The notes under the pieces are model-generated. The model saw nothing but the letters and a program-made list of their open reading frames with translations. It made no database searches and was not told the DNA's origin. The position numbers and the translations under genes are program-made. Source: Eledone cirrhosa (taxonomy: Eukaryota). Taken from it: DNA of 64,000 bases. The stretch spans positions 390,538,001-390,602,000 of the forward strand of contig OZ024741.1 in NCBI GenBank assembly GCA_964016885.1, written 5' to 3'. Below, one piece after another: positions 1-11,472 of the stretch; position 1 is the stretch's first letter; each line of letters begins with the position of its first letter.

Positions 1-1079
1 CTGTATTTGAGGAGATATTATGGTTAGTTTGATGTATTGGTGGTATACTTATGGTATTTTTACATTTATATGCATTATAGGCACTTATATTTTGTTTTAT
101 GTTTTGGGTTGTTGAGTATGAGAATTTAACTGTTGACCTATTTAAGATTTGATGGTATTTGTGGTTTGGCGGGAAGTTTTTCTCTAGGATATAAAAAAAT
201 TTTTTAGCAATATTATCCTTAATTTGTAAATTAAATGGAGCATTATACCAAGTAACTCGTCTATTACGGTTTCTATGTTGTTTATTATTTTTATAGGTTG
301 TATCGTGATGTTTACTAGGAGGATTAATGTTAATGACCTCACCACGCACATTTTTAGTTAGATTTATTGATTTAGGTGTTTTATCTTGTTTATTAGGAGT
401 TTTATTATTAACATTTATTAGAGTTGTATGATGAGTAGTTTTTTGAGAGTTACTATACTTTATATTAGAGGAGTTGTTGGTATTTTGGGGTATAGTGTGG
501 GTGGCATTTAGGTGTGTACTTTTCATTTGGTGTTTGTTGGTAATATTAGGTTGTATGTTTATAGTATTTTTAGTAGAAGGTATATATTCTAATTTATTTT
601 TGTGGCCACTTCTATCTAGAGCTTCGTTATAGAAGGTCGCATTTTTATCAAATACTTCTTGGTTAGACGAAAGGTTAGAAATTCTAAGTGATATATTATA
701 TGCAAGGTTTTTAAGGATAGATTTAGGGTGATTAGATTGTGAGTGTATGTAGTGTAAGTTTTGGTTGGGTTTATGGTAAGGTTGGTAGATACCCGTAGCT
801 AAGTCTAAAGTTATATCTAGGAAATTAACTACTTTACTTGTGTTTTCAAAAGTAATATGAAGACTATAATAGTCTTTAAGGAAAGTTCTAATAAGCTTTT
901 TGTTTTTTTCTATTTCTGAGAGGCTAAGGTTGTTGGAAAGAAGAAGACAGTCATCACGATATAAACCACCTTTAAGGTGGGGAAAGGAAGCATTTATGTT
1001 GAAAAGAAGAAAGAGGCCCACAAGATCAGTAATTTGGGCAGAATCAATCGCTTGAACCCATAGTAATATCAAATAGATT
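1..1079 (-). mobile_element. Penelope-like retroelement (probably Naiad-type), 5'-truncated RT/thumb ORF running off the window
   Basis: Minus-strand translation: [22 protein letters not shown]...GGLYRDDCLL...VNFLDITLDL..GIYQPYHKPN...HSQSNHP...RISNLSSN..VF...YNEALDRSGH...RRVTWYNAPFN...ILEKNFPPNHKYHQILNRSTVKFSYSTTQN. One 4-bp insertion near 1043-1046; otherwise open from about 1042 to 1. Confidence 0.88.
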
Positions 1080-1082
1080 ACT

Positions 1083-1785
<703 letters not shown>

Positions 1786-1926
1786 TCTGTGAACGAAGTT
1801 ACTTACATTTATACACACACCTAACTGTATTTTCTTGATATATTTTGTGTATTTCATTGGTCAATTTGAACTCTGTTCCCAAACAGACCTGTAATTTTGA
1901 ATTGTTATTATTATCAATAAATATAT

Positions 1927-2079
1927 TTCATTATTTCTGAAGACGGCATATGTATGTGTTGGTATGTATATTATATTTGATAGTTTGTATAATTTTGTAT
2001 AATTTTGTACATAGATCTGTTGAATATGCATGCCAATTCTAACACATATATGTCCTAGAAACGATCGTTAAATAATGAA
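1927..2079 (+). ncRNA. Type I hammerhead ribozyme motif with extended stem II (PLE-associated)
   Basis: Stem I TTCATTATTT (1927-1936) / AAATAATGAA (2070-2079), 10/10 pairs; core CTGAAGA 1937-1943; GAAA 2058-2061; palindromic stem III ACGATCGT; cleavage triplet GUU 2067-2069; long paired stem II in 1945-2055. Confidence 0.75.
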
Positions 2080-2340
2080 CTTTTTTTGTTTAATATAAGG
2101 AACTGTTTCATTGTTTTATTCATTATTTTTTTAATAATTTATCTTGACTCTGTATTGCGTTTATCTTTCACCGAAAGTGATTTTTGAATGCATCTCTTCT
2201 TTCCATGATATCCGGAATACATTGAGTTCTTTATACGGATTGGACACTACCGTAAACTCTTGGTAGATTTATCTACACTATATATATATATATATATATA
2301 TACAGATACATATATACATATATATACACACATATATACA

Positions 2341-3020
2341 AAAGAAATAATCTTCTCATATTTAAACTGTTATTATCTGTTATATGTTCGTTTAACTTAA
2401 AATCTAATCCTTTCAATATTATGGATAAATCTGTCGGACCTTTCTAAAAGAAATAATCTTCTCGTATTTGTTATATGTTCATTTAACTTTTCAATAATAT
2501 GGATAAATCTGTCAGACCTTTCTAAAAATAATCTTCTCGTAAACTTTCCCATTTTATTATTATTTACTTCCGGAATCTTCCTTCTGGAACCTTCTTTCCC
2601 CTTTCTGTCTCCCTCATACATTGTTTATACACTTACTAGTTCTGTTACCCCCCCCCCCCCCTCCCTCTCTCCGCAAATATAAAATTAACTTTGATAGAGT
2701 ACTGAACCAGAATTTATCGGACCTTACTGCCGAATTGTTGATTTGAAAAATGTAATGTATGCGGTTCATTTTCTTGTCGTGTCTCCATGTTCATAGTCCA
2801 TTTACCTATTAGTATTTAAACTGTTATTATCTGTTATACATTCGTTTAACTTAGAATCTAATCCTTTCAATGTTATGGATAAATCCGTCAGACCTTTCTA
2901 AAAGAAATAATCTTCTCGTATTTAAACTGCTATTATTTGTTATATGTTCGTTTAACTTTTCAATAATATGGATAAATCTGTTGGACCTTTCTAAAAATAA
3001 TCTCGTAAACTTACCCATTT
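2341..3020. repeat. Local duplication of a ~200-bp block (2341-2554 and 2812-3020), itself made of two related subunits
   Basis: The motif ...ATGGATAAATCTGTC.GACCTTTCTAAAA..AATAATCTTCTCGTA (with small variants) occurs four times. Confidence 0.85.
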
Positions 3021-3189
3021 CCCTCCCCCCGCCCCCACACACCACCATTGCTATTTGGTCCAATCATAATTCAGCGGTTTATAGTAAGTTTCTCTTACCA
3101 ATCTCTATCACAAAGCCACCGGCTAGGCTATTACTCCTTAAGTTTAGACCGGCTACCTTTTCAATATGCTAAATGGACTAGAGAATTTG

Positions 3190-5551
3190 GAGAGTCTGAA
3201 CAATCTGAACACTCAATGACAATGTCAAAGATAAAGATAAATTCACCTCCTGCTGCCGGACAAGAATGCAAGGACTCTTTATTTCAGACATGGAAGGCCA
3301 ATATAATTCCATCTCCCACACCCCTCCTTGCGCCTCCAACCCATCCCTTCCACCCAACCAACAAAATCCAAAACTTCAGAGTTGGTACCATGAATGTAGG
3401 CACTTTGAAAGGTCGCTCAAATGAGGTCGTAGAGATGCTTGAACGTAAGGAAGTTGATGTTTGTTGTGTTCAAGAGACTAGGTGGAGGGGTGGGTCTGTT
3501 AGATTCATTGTGGGTAAAAAACGATGCTATAAACTTTTCTAGGTGGGAAATGACAATGGGCTGGGTGGAGTAGGAATTATGTTAGCAGAAAAATAGGTAG
3601 ATAATGTAATTGCCGTAAATAGAGTGAACGACAGAATAATTAAAATAAGACTAGTCTTAAATAGAACTACTGTGACAATATCATCTGCTTATGCACCCCA
3701 CTCTGGCCTACCTGACGTTATAAAAGACAGGTTCTATGAGTCACTAATGCTCACTACCTCCTAAATAACCGATAGTGACTGCATAATTATTGCTGGAGAC
3801 CTAAATGGTCATGCTGGACAACATTGAGATGGCTATGACGGAATCCATGTAAGCTATGGGTTTGGTACTAGAAATGAGGAAGGCTTCAGAATCCTGGAAT
3901 TCTGTGATGCTAATAACCTAACTATCTGTAACACAAACTTCAAAAAATGAGACAATCACTTGATCACCTATAGATCAGGGGAATACGCCAGCCAGATAGA
4001 TTATACCCTTACTAGAAGACGTGACTAGATGTACTCGACGACAGAGGAGGACTACCCTGAGGAGAATATGGAAGTTGAAGAACCCCACAGTCAGTAACAA
4101 ATTTAAAAGCATATTACTTGATGCTTTTGACAGTAAGGAAGAGCAATTAGAGACGTACAATATAGGGGAACAGTGGGAATTCTTGAAAGTTAACCTGCTG
4201 AAGGCGACAGATGAAATCTCTAGCTGGAGCAGACCTATAGGCAGGAGGAGAGTAACTTGCTTGTGGAACAGTAGGGTGGAAGAGACAATCAAGGCAAAAA
4301 AGCAGGCTTGGAAAGTATGGCGGGATGTGGGAAGTAGAGAACACTATCAAGTGGCCAGGAGAGAAGCTAGGAGACAAGTGTACCTTGCAAGAAGGGAAGC
4401 AGAGGATAGAAAGTTCAAGCATGTTCTATATGCGCGAGGACCAAAATCGTGAGGTGTTCAGGATTGCAAGACTGTCAAGGAAAACTGTGATATTGTCGGG
4501 GAGAAGTGTGTCCGTAATGATTATGGTGTACATGCCCTCACTGATACTGATAAAAAGGTAGCTTGGAAGTGTCACTACGAGAGACTACTAAATGCGGAGA
4601 ATAAATGGGAAAAAGATAGTCGGCTCCAAATCGATCCAGTAGAGGGACCAGCAGTGCAAGTTAGTGGTAGTATAATAAGTAAGGCAATCAAAGATATGAA
4701 GACAGGCAAGGCAGCTGGGCCTTCGGAGATGATTGCTGAGATGTTGAAAGCATCTGGAATGGTGGGACATACTATGGTTACCCGGATAGTAAACCAAGTA
4801 ATACAGAACGAGGTCATACCAAATGACTAGTGTAGCAGCATTATCGTTAACTGCTACAAGGGTAAAGGACATGCTCTAGATAGAGGAAACTATAGAGGCA
4901 TTAAGTTAGTTGACCATGTCATGAAAGTCACAGAAAGAGTTATAGCACAACTAATCGGAGATCGAATTGATCTAGATGAAATGCAGTTTGGGTTTGTGTC
5001 AGGTAAAAGTACCACAGGTGCTCTTTTCCTTGGACGACAACTACAGGAGAAGTACCTAGCTAAAAGTAAACCCCTCTACTTAGCTTTTGTTGACTTGGAG
5101 AAAGCCTTTGACAGAGTACCCCGCTCCATTATCTGGTGGGCTCTTAGAAAACTAGGTGTTGATGAATGGCTTGTGAGAGCTATACAAGCCATGTATAAAG
5201 AAACAGTCAGCAAGGTTAGTATTAACAATGAATATAGTGAAGAATTTAGCATAAAAGTTGGTATTCATCAAGGCTCTGTCCTTAGACCGTTCCTATTTAT
5301 TATTGCACTTCAGGCTATAACAAGCTGTTGGCCACAAAAGGTTTCTCTAAAAATGAAAGGCAGATTGTATGATCCCTGCATACGAACAGCAATGTTACAT
5401 GGCAGTGAGACATGGGCATTGTGTGCAGAGGAATGAAGCATGCATGCTCCGTTGGATGTGTAATAGTAATATACGCAAACGGCAAAGCATAAATGAACTA
5501 AGTGAGAAATTAGGAATAAGAGGGATCAGATGCTGTTTACTCGAGAGAAGA
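3190..5551 (+). mobile_element. Degenerate RTE-clade LINE (APE + RT), with internal deletions and a 3' truncation
   Basis: APE: RVGTMNVGTLKGRSNEVVEMLERKEVDVCCVQETRWRG; RT: QFGFVSGKSTT, LAFVDLEKAFDRVPR, GIHQGSVL; multiple stops and frameshifts. Confidence 0.93.
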
Positions 5552-7622
5552 CGGTCATCCTCCATGTGCATCATATGTCCATACCATCGCAGTCTTTTCT
5601 CATGCACACTACAACTTATCCCTCTTATACACAGTTTCTCAATCAATTCATCTATGCTTGGTCGTTCACGCAAATTGACATTGCACATCCAACAGAGCAT
5701 GCTTGCTTCATTTCTCTCCAGCCGTTGTATATCCTCCGCAGTTGCTACCCATGTCTCACTACCATGCAACATCGCACTCCTCACACAGGCATCATATAAC
5801 CGGCCTTTCGTACGCAGGGAGAAACCCTTCTTTGTCAACAGAGGAAGCAGCTCCCTAAGCTTCTTCTAATCCGTCCTTATTCTAGATACTATGGCCTCGG
5901 AACACCCCCTCCCATGCTAATCTGATCACCTAGGTACCGGAAGCTATCAACCACTTCTATAGAACCCACCTGCATTTGAGAAATTTGTCTATCACTGCGA
6001 CTTCTACTGTCAAATCTCCCTGCACATCTACTGAATATGTTGTTTCCCCTACTATCCCACTACATCTCTTGTGTACCCAAGATCTGCATTTTGTACATTT
6101 TATAGAATTTATGCCAGCTCCTTTACATATCGAACATGGCCATTTCCCTGATGGAATCAGACTGTTGTCCTCTTTTCTACTTACCAACACTTTTGTCTTA
6201 GCTATGTCCACTCTCAGTCCTCTTGATTCCAACTGCTGTTTCCATAACCAGAATTTATTCTCTAGCTCCTCTACTGATTCTGCTATAAGTACCAAATCAT
6301 CAGCATAGAGAAGTTCCCATGGGCAGCCAGTCTTAAACTCCTTTGTTATGGCTTGGAGGACTATAATGAACAAGAGCGGGCTGAGGACTGAACCCTGATG
6401 TACTCCTACTTCTATTTGGAATTCCTCACTAAACTCCATGCCTACTCTCACTTTACTGACAGCATTCCTGTACATAGCTTGCACTGTCCTCACAAGCCAT
6501 TACTCTACACCTAATTTCCTTAGGGACCACCAGATGACAGATCGGGGTACCCTATCAAAGGCCTTCTCTAAGTCAACAAAAGCTAAGTATAGTGGCTTAT
6601 TCTTCTCTAAGAACCTCTCTTGTAATTGTCTCACCAAGAAGAGGGCATCTGTTGTACTTTTGCCAGGCACAAAACCAAACTACATCTCATCTAATTTGAC
6701 CCTTTCTCTAATTAGTTGCGCTAATATTCTTTCTGTTACTTTCATAACCTGATCCATCAGTTCTATGCCCCTATAATTGCTCCTCTCCAGAGCATCCCCT
6801 TTACCTTTGTAGCAATTTATGAGAATACTACTGCACCAGTCTTTGAGTATGACTCCGCCATATATAGCTTGATTGACGATGTGTGCAACCAGTTTAGTTC
6901 CTATTTCTCAGCAACTATCCCTGACGGTCCAGTGGCCTTACCATTTTTCATTTCCTTAATTGCCTCTTGGACCCTATATTCGTCAATCTCAATAGCTGGT
7001 CCCTTTGTCAGGTCTACTGGGGGTAGTTTCTCCCATTCGTTCTCCACATTCATCAGTCTCTCATAATGACATTTCCAGGCCTCCTTTTTCTGATCATTCG
7101 TGACACTAAGTACACCATCATTATTCCAGACACACTTATCTCCAACAACATCCTGATTTGCACTGACACACTGCCTTGCAATGTGGAACACCGCACATCT
7201 CTGATCTTCCCATCACAGAACATTGGTAAACCTCCTACTCTCAGCCTCCCTGCGTGCTAAGTACACCGGACGTCTAGCTTCTCTTTCAGCAGCTGTGTAT
7301 CGGTCTCTATTCCCACCATTTTTCCAAGCCTTCCATGCTAGTCTTTTGTCTTTAACCCTTTAGCATTCACATTACTCTATATATACTATTATATTTTCAT
7401 GGTAAAGGCTTTACCTTGCATAATTATCTCACATAATAACGAATCTATGAGATTTTGAAAGTATTTATTTTGAGAACAATACCTTAACATCAGTTTGAGC
7501 GACCAGTTACAGCCAGTTTCAACAGAAAGTGGTAGAGAATTCTGGCCAGTTTGAACATTAAAGGGTTAATGGCCCTATCTACTGTGCTGTTCCACCACCA
7601 GGTCACCCTCTGTCTGGTCGGA
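5552..7622 (-). mobile_element. Degenerate RTE-clade LINE related to 3190-5551, opposite orientation, interrupted by a MITE
   Basis: GVHQGSVLSPLLF, LLYADDLVLIAES, Cys/His cluster WPCSIC..CTKC..WVHKRCSG, MLHGSETW; the RVTWWWNSTVDRAIKDKRLAWK frame continues across the MITE at 7356-7565. Confidence 0.93.
7356..7565. mobile_element. piggyBac-type MITE with TTAA target-site duplication
   Basis: TTAA (7352-7355)-CCCTTTAGCATT...AACATTAAAGGG-TTAA (7566-7569); removing it and one TTAA restores the LINE codons GCC ATT AAA GAC. Confidence 0.85.
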
Positions 7623-7875
7623 GTATACTATAAGACATAATGTATGGGTTCGATCATATCCACATTGAGTATATATATATATAGAGATATTTACATATAC
7701 ATATATATATATGAGCAAGACAGGGTCATCTGATCGAACTTGTCTCACAACAGGCCAACTCATCTAATCCATCCTAGAGTGGAAAAATGGACGTTAAACA
7801 CTGATGATGATATTTATGTGTGTGTGTGTGTGTGTGTGTGTGTAAAGAGAGAGAGAGAGAAAGAGGGAGAGAGAT

Positions 7876-8400
7876 ACTCCTATATAAACCGAGAAATATG
7901 TGGCAAAAATAAAATCAATGGCAAGGTGGGGTGGGGGTTGTAAGCTTATACTTGAAGTAAATATTTTGCCGATTTTCAAAATTCTACCTGAACGAGGCAC
8001 TAAAATATTTTTGTCATGGAGGTGAATATTACGCCAGTTTCACTTTGGAGGTGCATATTACACCAGTTTCACTTTGGAGGTGAATGTTTCACTGATTTCA
8101 CATTCAATGTGACATTCATATTTCCTATTGTTTTTGACATGTTTTTAATTGATATGACTTTCAAAACAGTTGAAAATTGGTGAAACAAAAACTATACTCT
8201 AAATGGCACTTAAAACATTTTAAACATCAAAATATTAAAATTTCATAAATATATTCTTTAATCATGAGAGTTTCAAAACCACACTATCTAAACATAATGT
8301 GTTGATTACCTGCCTCGGCTTATAAACAGGGTTGAAAATTAGCCCATTTCTCAGACATAAAATAGGGAGTGGGTCAGCTTATATTTGAGTATATACGATA
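7876..8400. mobile_element. Degenerate Tc1/mariner-pogo (Tc2-like) MITE with an internal 29-bp tandem repeat (~8018-8101)
   Basis: Ends resemble TAC...TATAA.CCGA / TC.GCTTATA.T.GAGTATATACG.TA inverted termini; internal GGAGGTG.ATATTAC.CCAGTTTCACTTT about 3 copies. Confidence 0.5.
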
Positions 8401-9460
8401 TATTATCACAGGTTTTATATTCCATTCACAGTTTATTTAATATTTATTTCAAATGTTGCTCTGTCTCAATAAGTATTTTTAACATATTAAAAAATGTTTA
8501 TCTTGATGGAATAAAATATTTCGAAGCATCAAGAAACTGCCCATAGATACTATTTCAAAACACACACACATATCTATTAGAGTAGAATGGGATAATAAAT
8601 GAAAATAAGCATTGGGAAGTTTTAAAATGCACTTAACCCTTTTATGATCATATCCCTAATGAAATACATTGTATTTCAATTAATTAATGGAGAATTTGGA
8701 AGGATTTACCAAAATTATTATTTCATTAATAACATGGTATTTGTAACATAAAGGTTTATATATCAAATTATGCTGGAATATTTTAAAATCCTTTAAAAAT
8801 GAGAGGTTTTGTTTCATGGAACAAAGAGCAGTTTAGGGAGGATTGGTATCAAAAATAAAATATTAAAGTAAATGGAATGGGTAGGTAAAGAGTGAGAGAA
8901 GGAGAGAGGGAGAGAGAGAGTACTAATATCAGAAATAGTCAAAATATTATCCATGCATTGTTAAACTATCTCTAGCCATTAGTGAAATATCAGCTCATAA
9001 AGTTCAAGACTAACCCTGTGCAATAATAAATTATAGAATGAGGAGGGCCATGTCCAATCATACAATGATCACTAAATTCAATAAGAACTTTTCAGCCAAC
9101 TGTACAAACATACATTTATTAGTCTTTGTCATTCCAGATATTGGCAGGAAAATAATCAGCACACAATTATTTAATGGACCACACCCAGAAAGTAAGGCAG
9201 AAGCCATGTTAATAGCTCCGAAAAATTACAGAAACATTCCATTCCAAGTAGGATATAACTGAGTGTTTCTGCAGATACAGCAATTACTGAGTCTACAGAA
9301 ATACACTATTTGGTTTGACAATAGTCAGCATACAGAAATATTCAGTTCTAGTGATCTTTAAATTGGCATGGACATCCCACAAAGCTGAAACAAGTCCTTT
9401 CACTTGCAAGAACATTTCCAACAATCATTGGCATATTCTTCAATTGCTATACTAATTAAT

Positions 9461-9646
9461 TGTTTCTACTTTTGGCACAAGGCCAGCAATTACCCAGTAC
9501 ATTACTGGTACTTTATTTTATCGATCCTGTAAGGATGAAAGGCAAAGTTAACCTCAACGGGATTTGAACTCAGACGGTAAAGGGACGTAACTATGCTAGA
9601 AAGCATGGCGTCCAACCGTCTACCAATACTGCCAATTAACCGATAG
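9461..9646 (-). mobile_element. tRNA-derived SINE family A, TSD ACTAATTAAT
   Basis: B-box GAGTTCAAATCC, central ..TTTGCCTTTCATCCTTAC.GG.TCGATAAA..AAAGTACCAGT; TSD 9451-9460 and 9647-9656. Confidence 0.85.
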
Positions 9647-10262
9647 ACTAATTAATGTTAGTTAGTTAGATAGTTAGTTAGAGAAGATGCAATATTAAAT
9701 CTGCAGTAAAAAGTAAAATAATTTTGAAGAATAATGATTACTAAAAGTGCAGGAGCATAGCATTCAATTGTGACCTAACAGTTAATGAATCTGTCAGATA
9801 TAACAATCAAAGACAGCAATGAATAAATTAAGGGAGAAAATGTAAAATAAAAATAAAAAGCATGATCACTTGCCATCAGGCTACGAGATGTAAGCAGAAA
9901 AGAATGACCTTCAGAAATGGATTGCAGGATTGGAAATAGTTGGATGTGAAGGAAAGCTCAAAAGGTTGATAGCAATGAGAATAGACTCCAAGAGCAAGGG
10001 AATGAAAAAAGAGAACTTTGGCAAAAACAGTCACAAAACAGAACAAAAGCCATAAACAAATTTTATACAAGCAGCCATTATAGCAGAGCTGTCCAAGAAA
10101 AATGCTCTTCACTGGGTTGGTGCAGAAGGCGTCAAAGTGCAGGTGAGAAGTGGAAACTCACAATTGAAGATGGCAAAAAAACCATGCTTGCTTTAGGTAG
10201 AGGCAATACTGTCACGACAGACAATATAGCTGACAGTGAAGATACAAAAAAGATGTTTTCAC

Positions 10263-10343
10263 CTGACTGACCAGTTTTTGAAGATGACGTCAACAGACCA
10301 TTGTCCTTTGGTGGACTGCATTCACGGTCATATGTGGCAGGCA
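10263..10343 (-). CDS. Probable PIP5K1 insert exon (81 nt, phase 1-1): VPATYDRECSPPKDNGLLTSSSKTGQS; alternative donor gives a 72-nt exon ending at 10272
   Basis: Pyrimidine-rich acceptor ...gttcatcatcag; open in the phase left by exon 14425-14506; donors CAG|gtgaaa and CTG|gtcagt 9 nt apart; non-repeat sequence. No conserved motif. Confidence 0.5.
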
Positions 10344-11254
10344 CTGATGATGAACAGCAAGGCAAACATAAGAACACAAAGCAGATCAGCTTTTTTATAG
10401 TTTTTTCTTTCCTTTTTTGTTTTTATTAATTTTATCTCCAGCTTTGTCTAACATAAATGAAGCTTGGCAGACAATGTTTGAAGCAAAAGTTCCATTATAT
10501 TTATCATCTAGCTCATAAAAAACAATTTTGTAAAATTATCTGACACTTTTAAAATGATATAAATAAAATATTCTTTTTATCTTGTTCTTATATTGGTTAT
10601 GTGATGCTACATATATTTGGGGTAACTAGATACCACAAAGAAAAAGTGGGAACCTTAGTGTTATTTTTATTATCTTAATCTTTGAACTCAAAGTTTTCTT
10701 ACCTGAATGTAAATTATTGTAGCTCAGGAAGTGATATTCGTTTATATAGTTATGTAAGCTGTATAATAATCTGCAAAATGCATCCTAATGAGCATATTTG
10801 TTAAAAGTAAATTGACTATTAGAGTACAATTAAATATGTATAATAAATAAGTTTATATATTTCATGATTTTATATTTTATTTATAATACAAAATGTTACC
10901 TATGGAATTTCCATGTTCTATCAATTTTATTTCTCTATTTTGATGCATAAATCTATAGATCATCATAATATTGTTTCATTGTTAAACATTTCCATTGTCT
11001 TGGATTCCATTCTATATGAGAGTTTAATGCAACAAGCAGAATTATAGATAATAATTATTACTATGAACTGTTAACATACACTTCACTGTGATCTACAAAT
11101 GGATATCTAAGTCTGTTAAGTATTTGTGTATGAGCAACCATATGTTCTTAGAAGAAATAAGTGATAACAAATAATAATAATGTCAAGAAAAACAATAGAT
11201 ACACATACATATAATCTATATGTATATACCTTGTCTATTTCATTCTTGATCTGA

Positions 11255-11472
11255 GGGTGGTGGATTGGCAGTATCAGTAGAGCATCGGACAATATGTTTT
11301 GCAGCATAGAGTTACGGCCCTTTACAATCTGAGCTCAAATCTCACCGAGGTTAGCTTTGCCTTCCATTCTTACAGGGTTGATAAAATAAAGTACCAGTAA
11401 TGCACTGGGGTCGATTTAATCGACTTTCCCCTCCCCCAAAATTGATGGCCTTGTGCCTAAAGTGGAAACAAT
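11255..11472 (+). mobile_element. tRNA-derived SINE family A, full length, 19-bp TSD
   Basis: TSD TATTTCATTCTTGATCTGA at 11236-11254 and 11473-11491; same body as 9461-9646. Confidence 0.9.

Noticed and set aside
1040-1050. In-frame TGA in the PLE ORF as a possible selenocysteine codon
   Set aside because: It results from a 4-bp duplication (GATTGAT) that also shifts the frame; the homologous frame resumes only if 4 nt are removed.
1-1080. G/T-skewed sequence resembling a mitochondrial insertion (NUMT)
   Set aside because: The minus strand translates in the standard code to a Penelope-like RT; no mitochondrial gene motif seen.
5395-5869. Overlapping ORFs on both strands suggesting a bidirectional gene
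   Set aside because: Artefact of the tail-to-tail LINE fusion at 5551/5552.
9874-9910. GC-type donor (ATG|gcaagt) suggesting a further small exon
   Set aside because: Possible acceptors give only 7-35-nt exons with no PIP5K similarity, and one creates an immediate stop.
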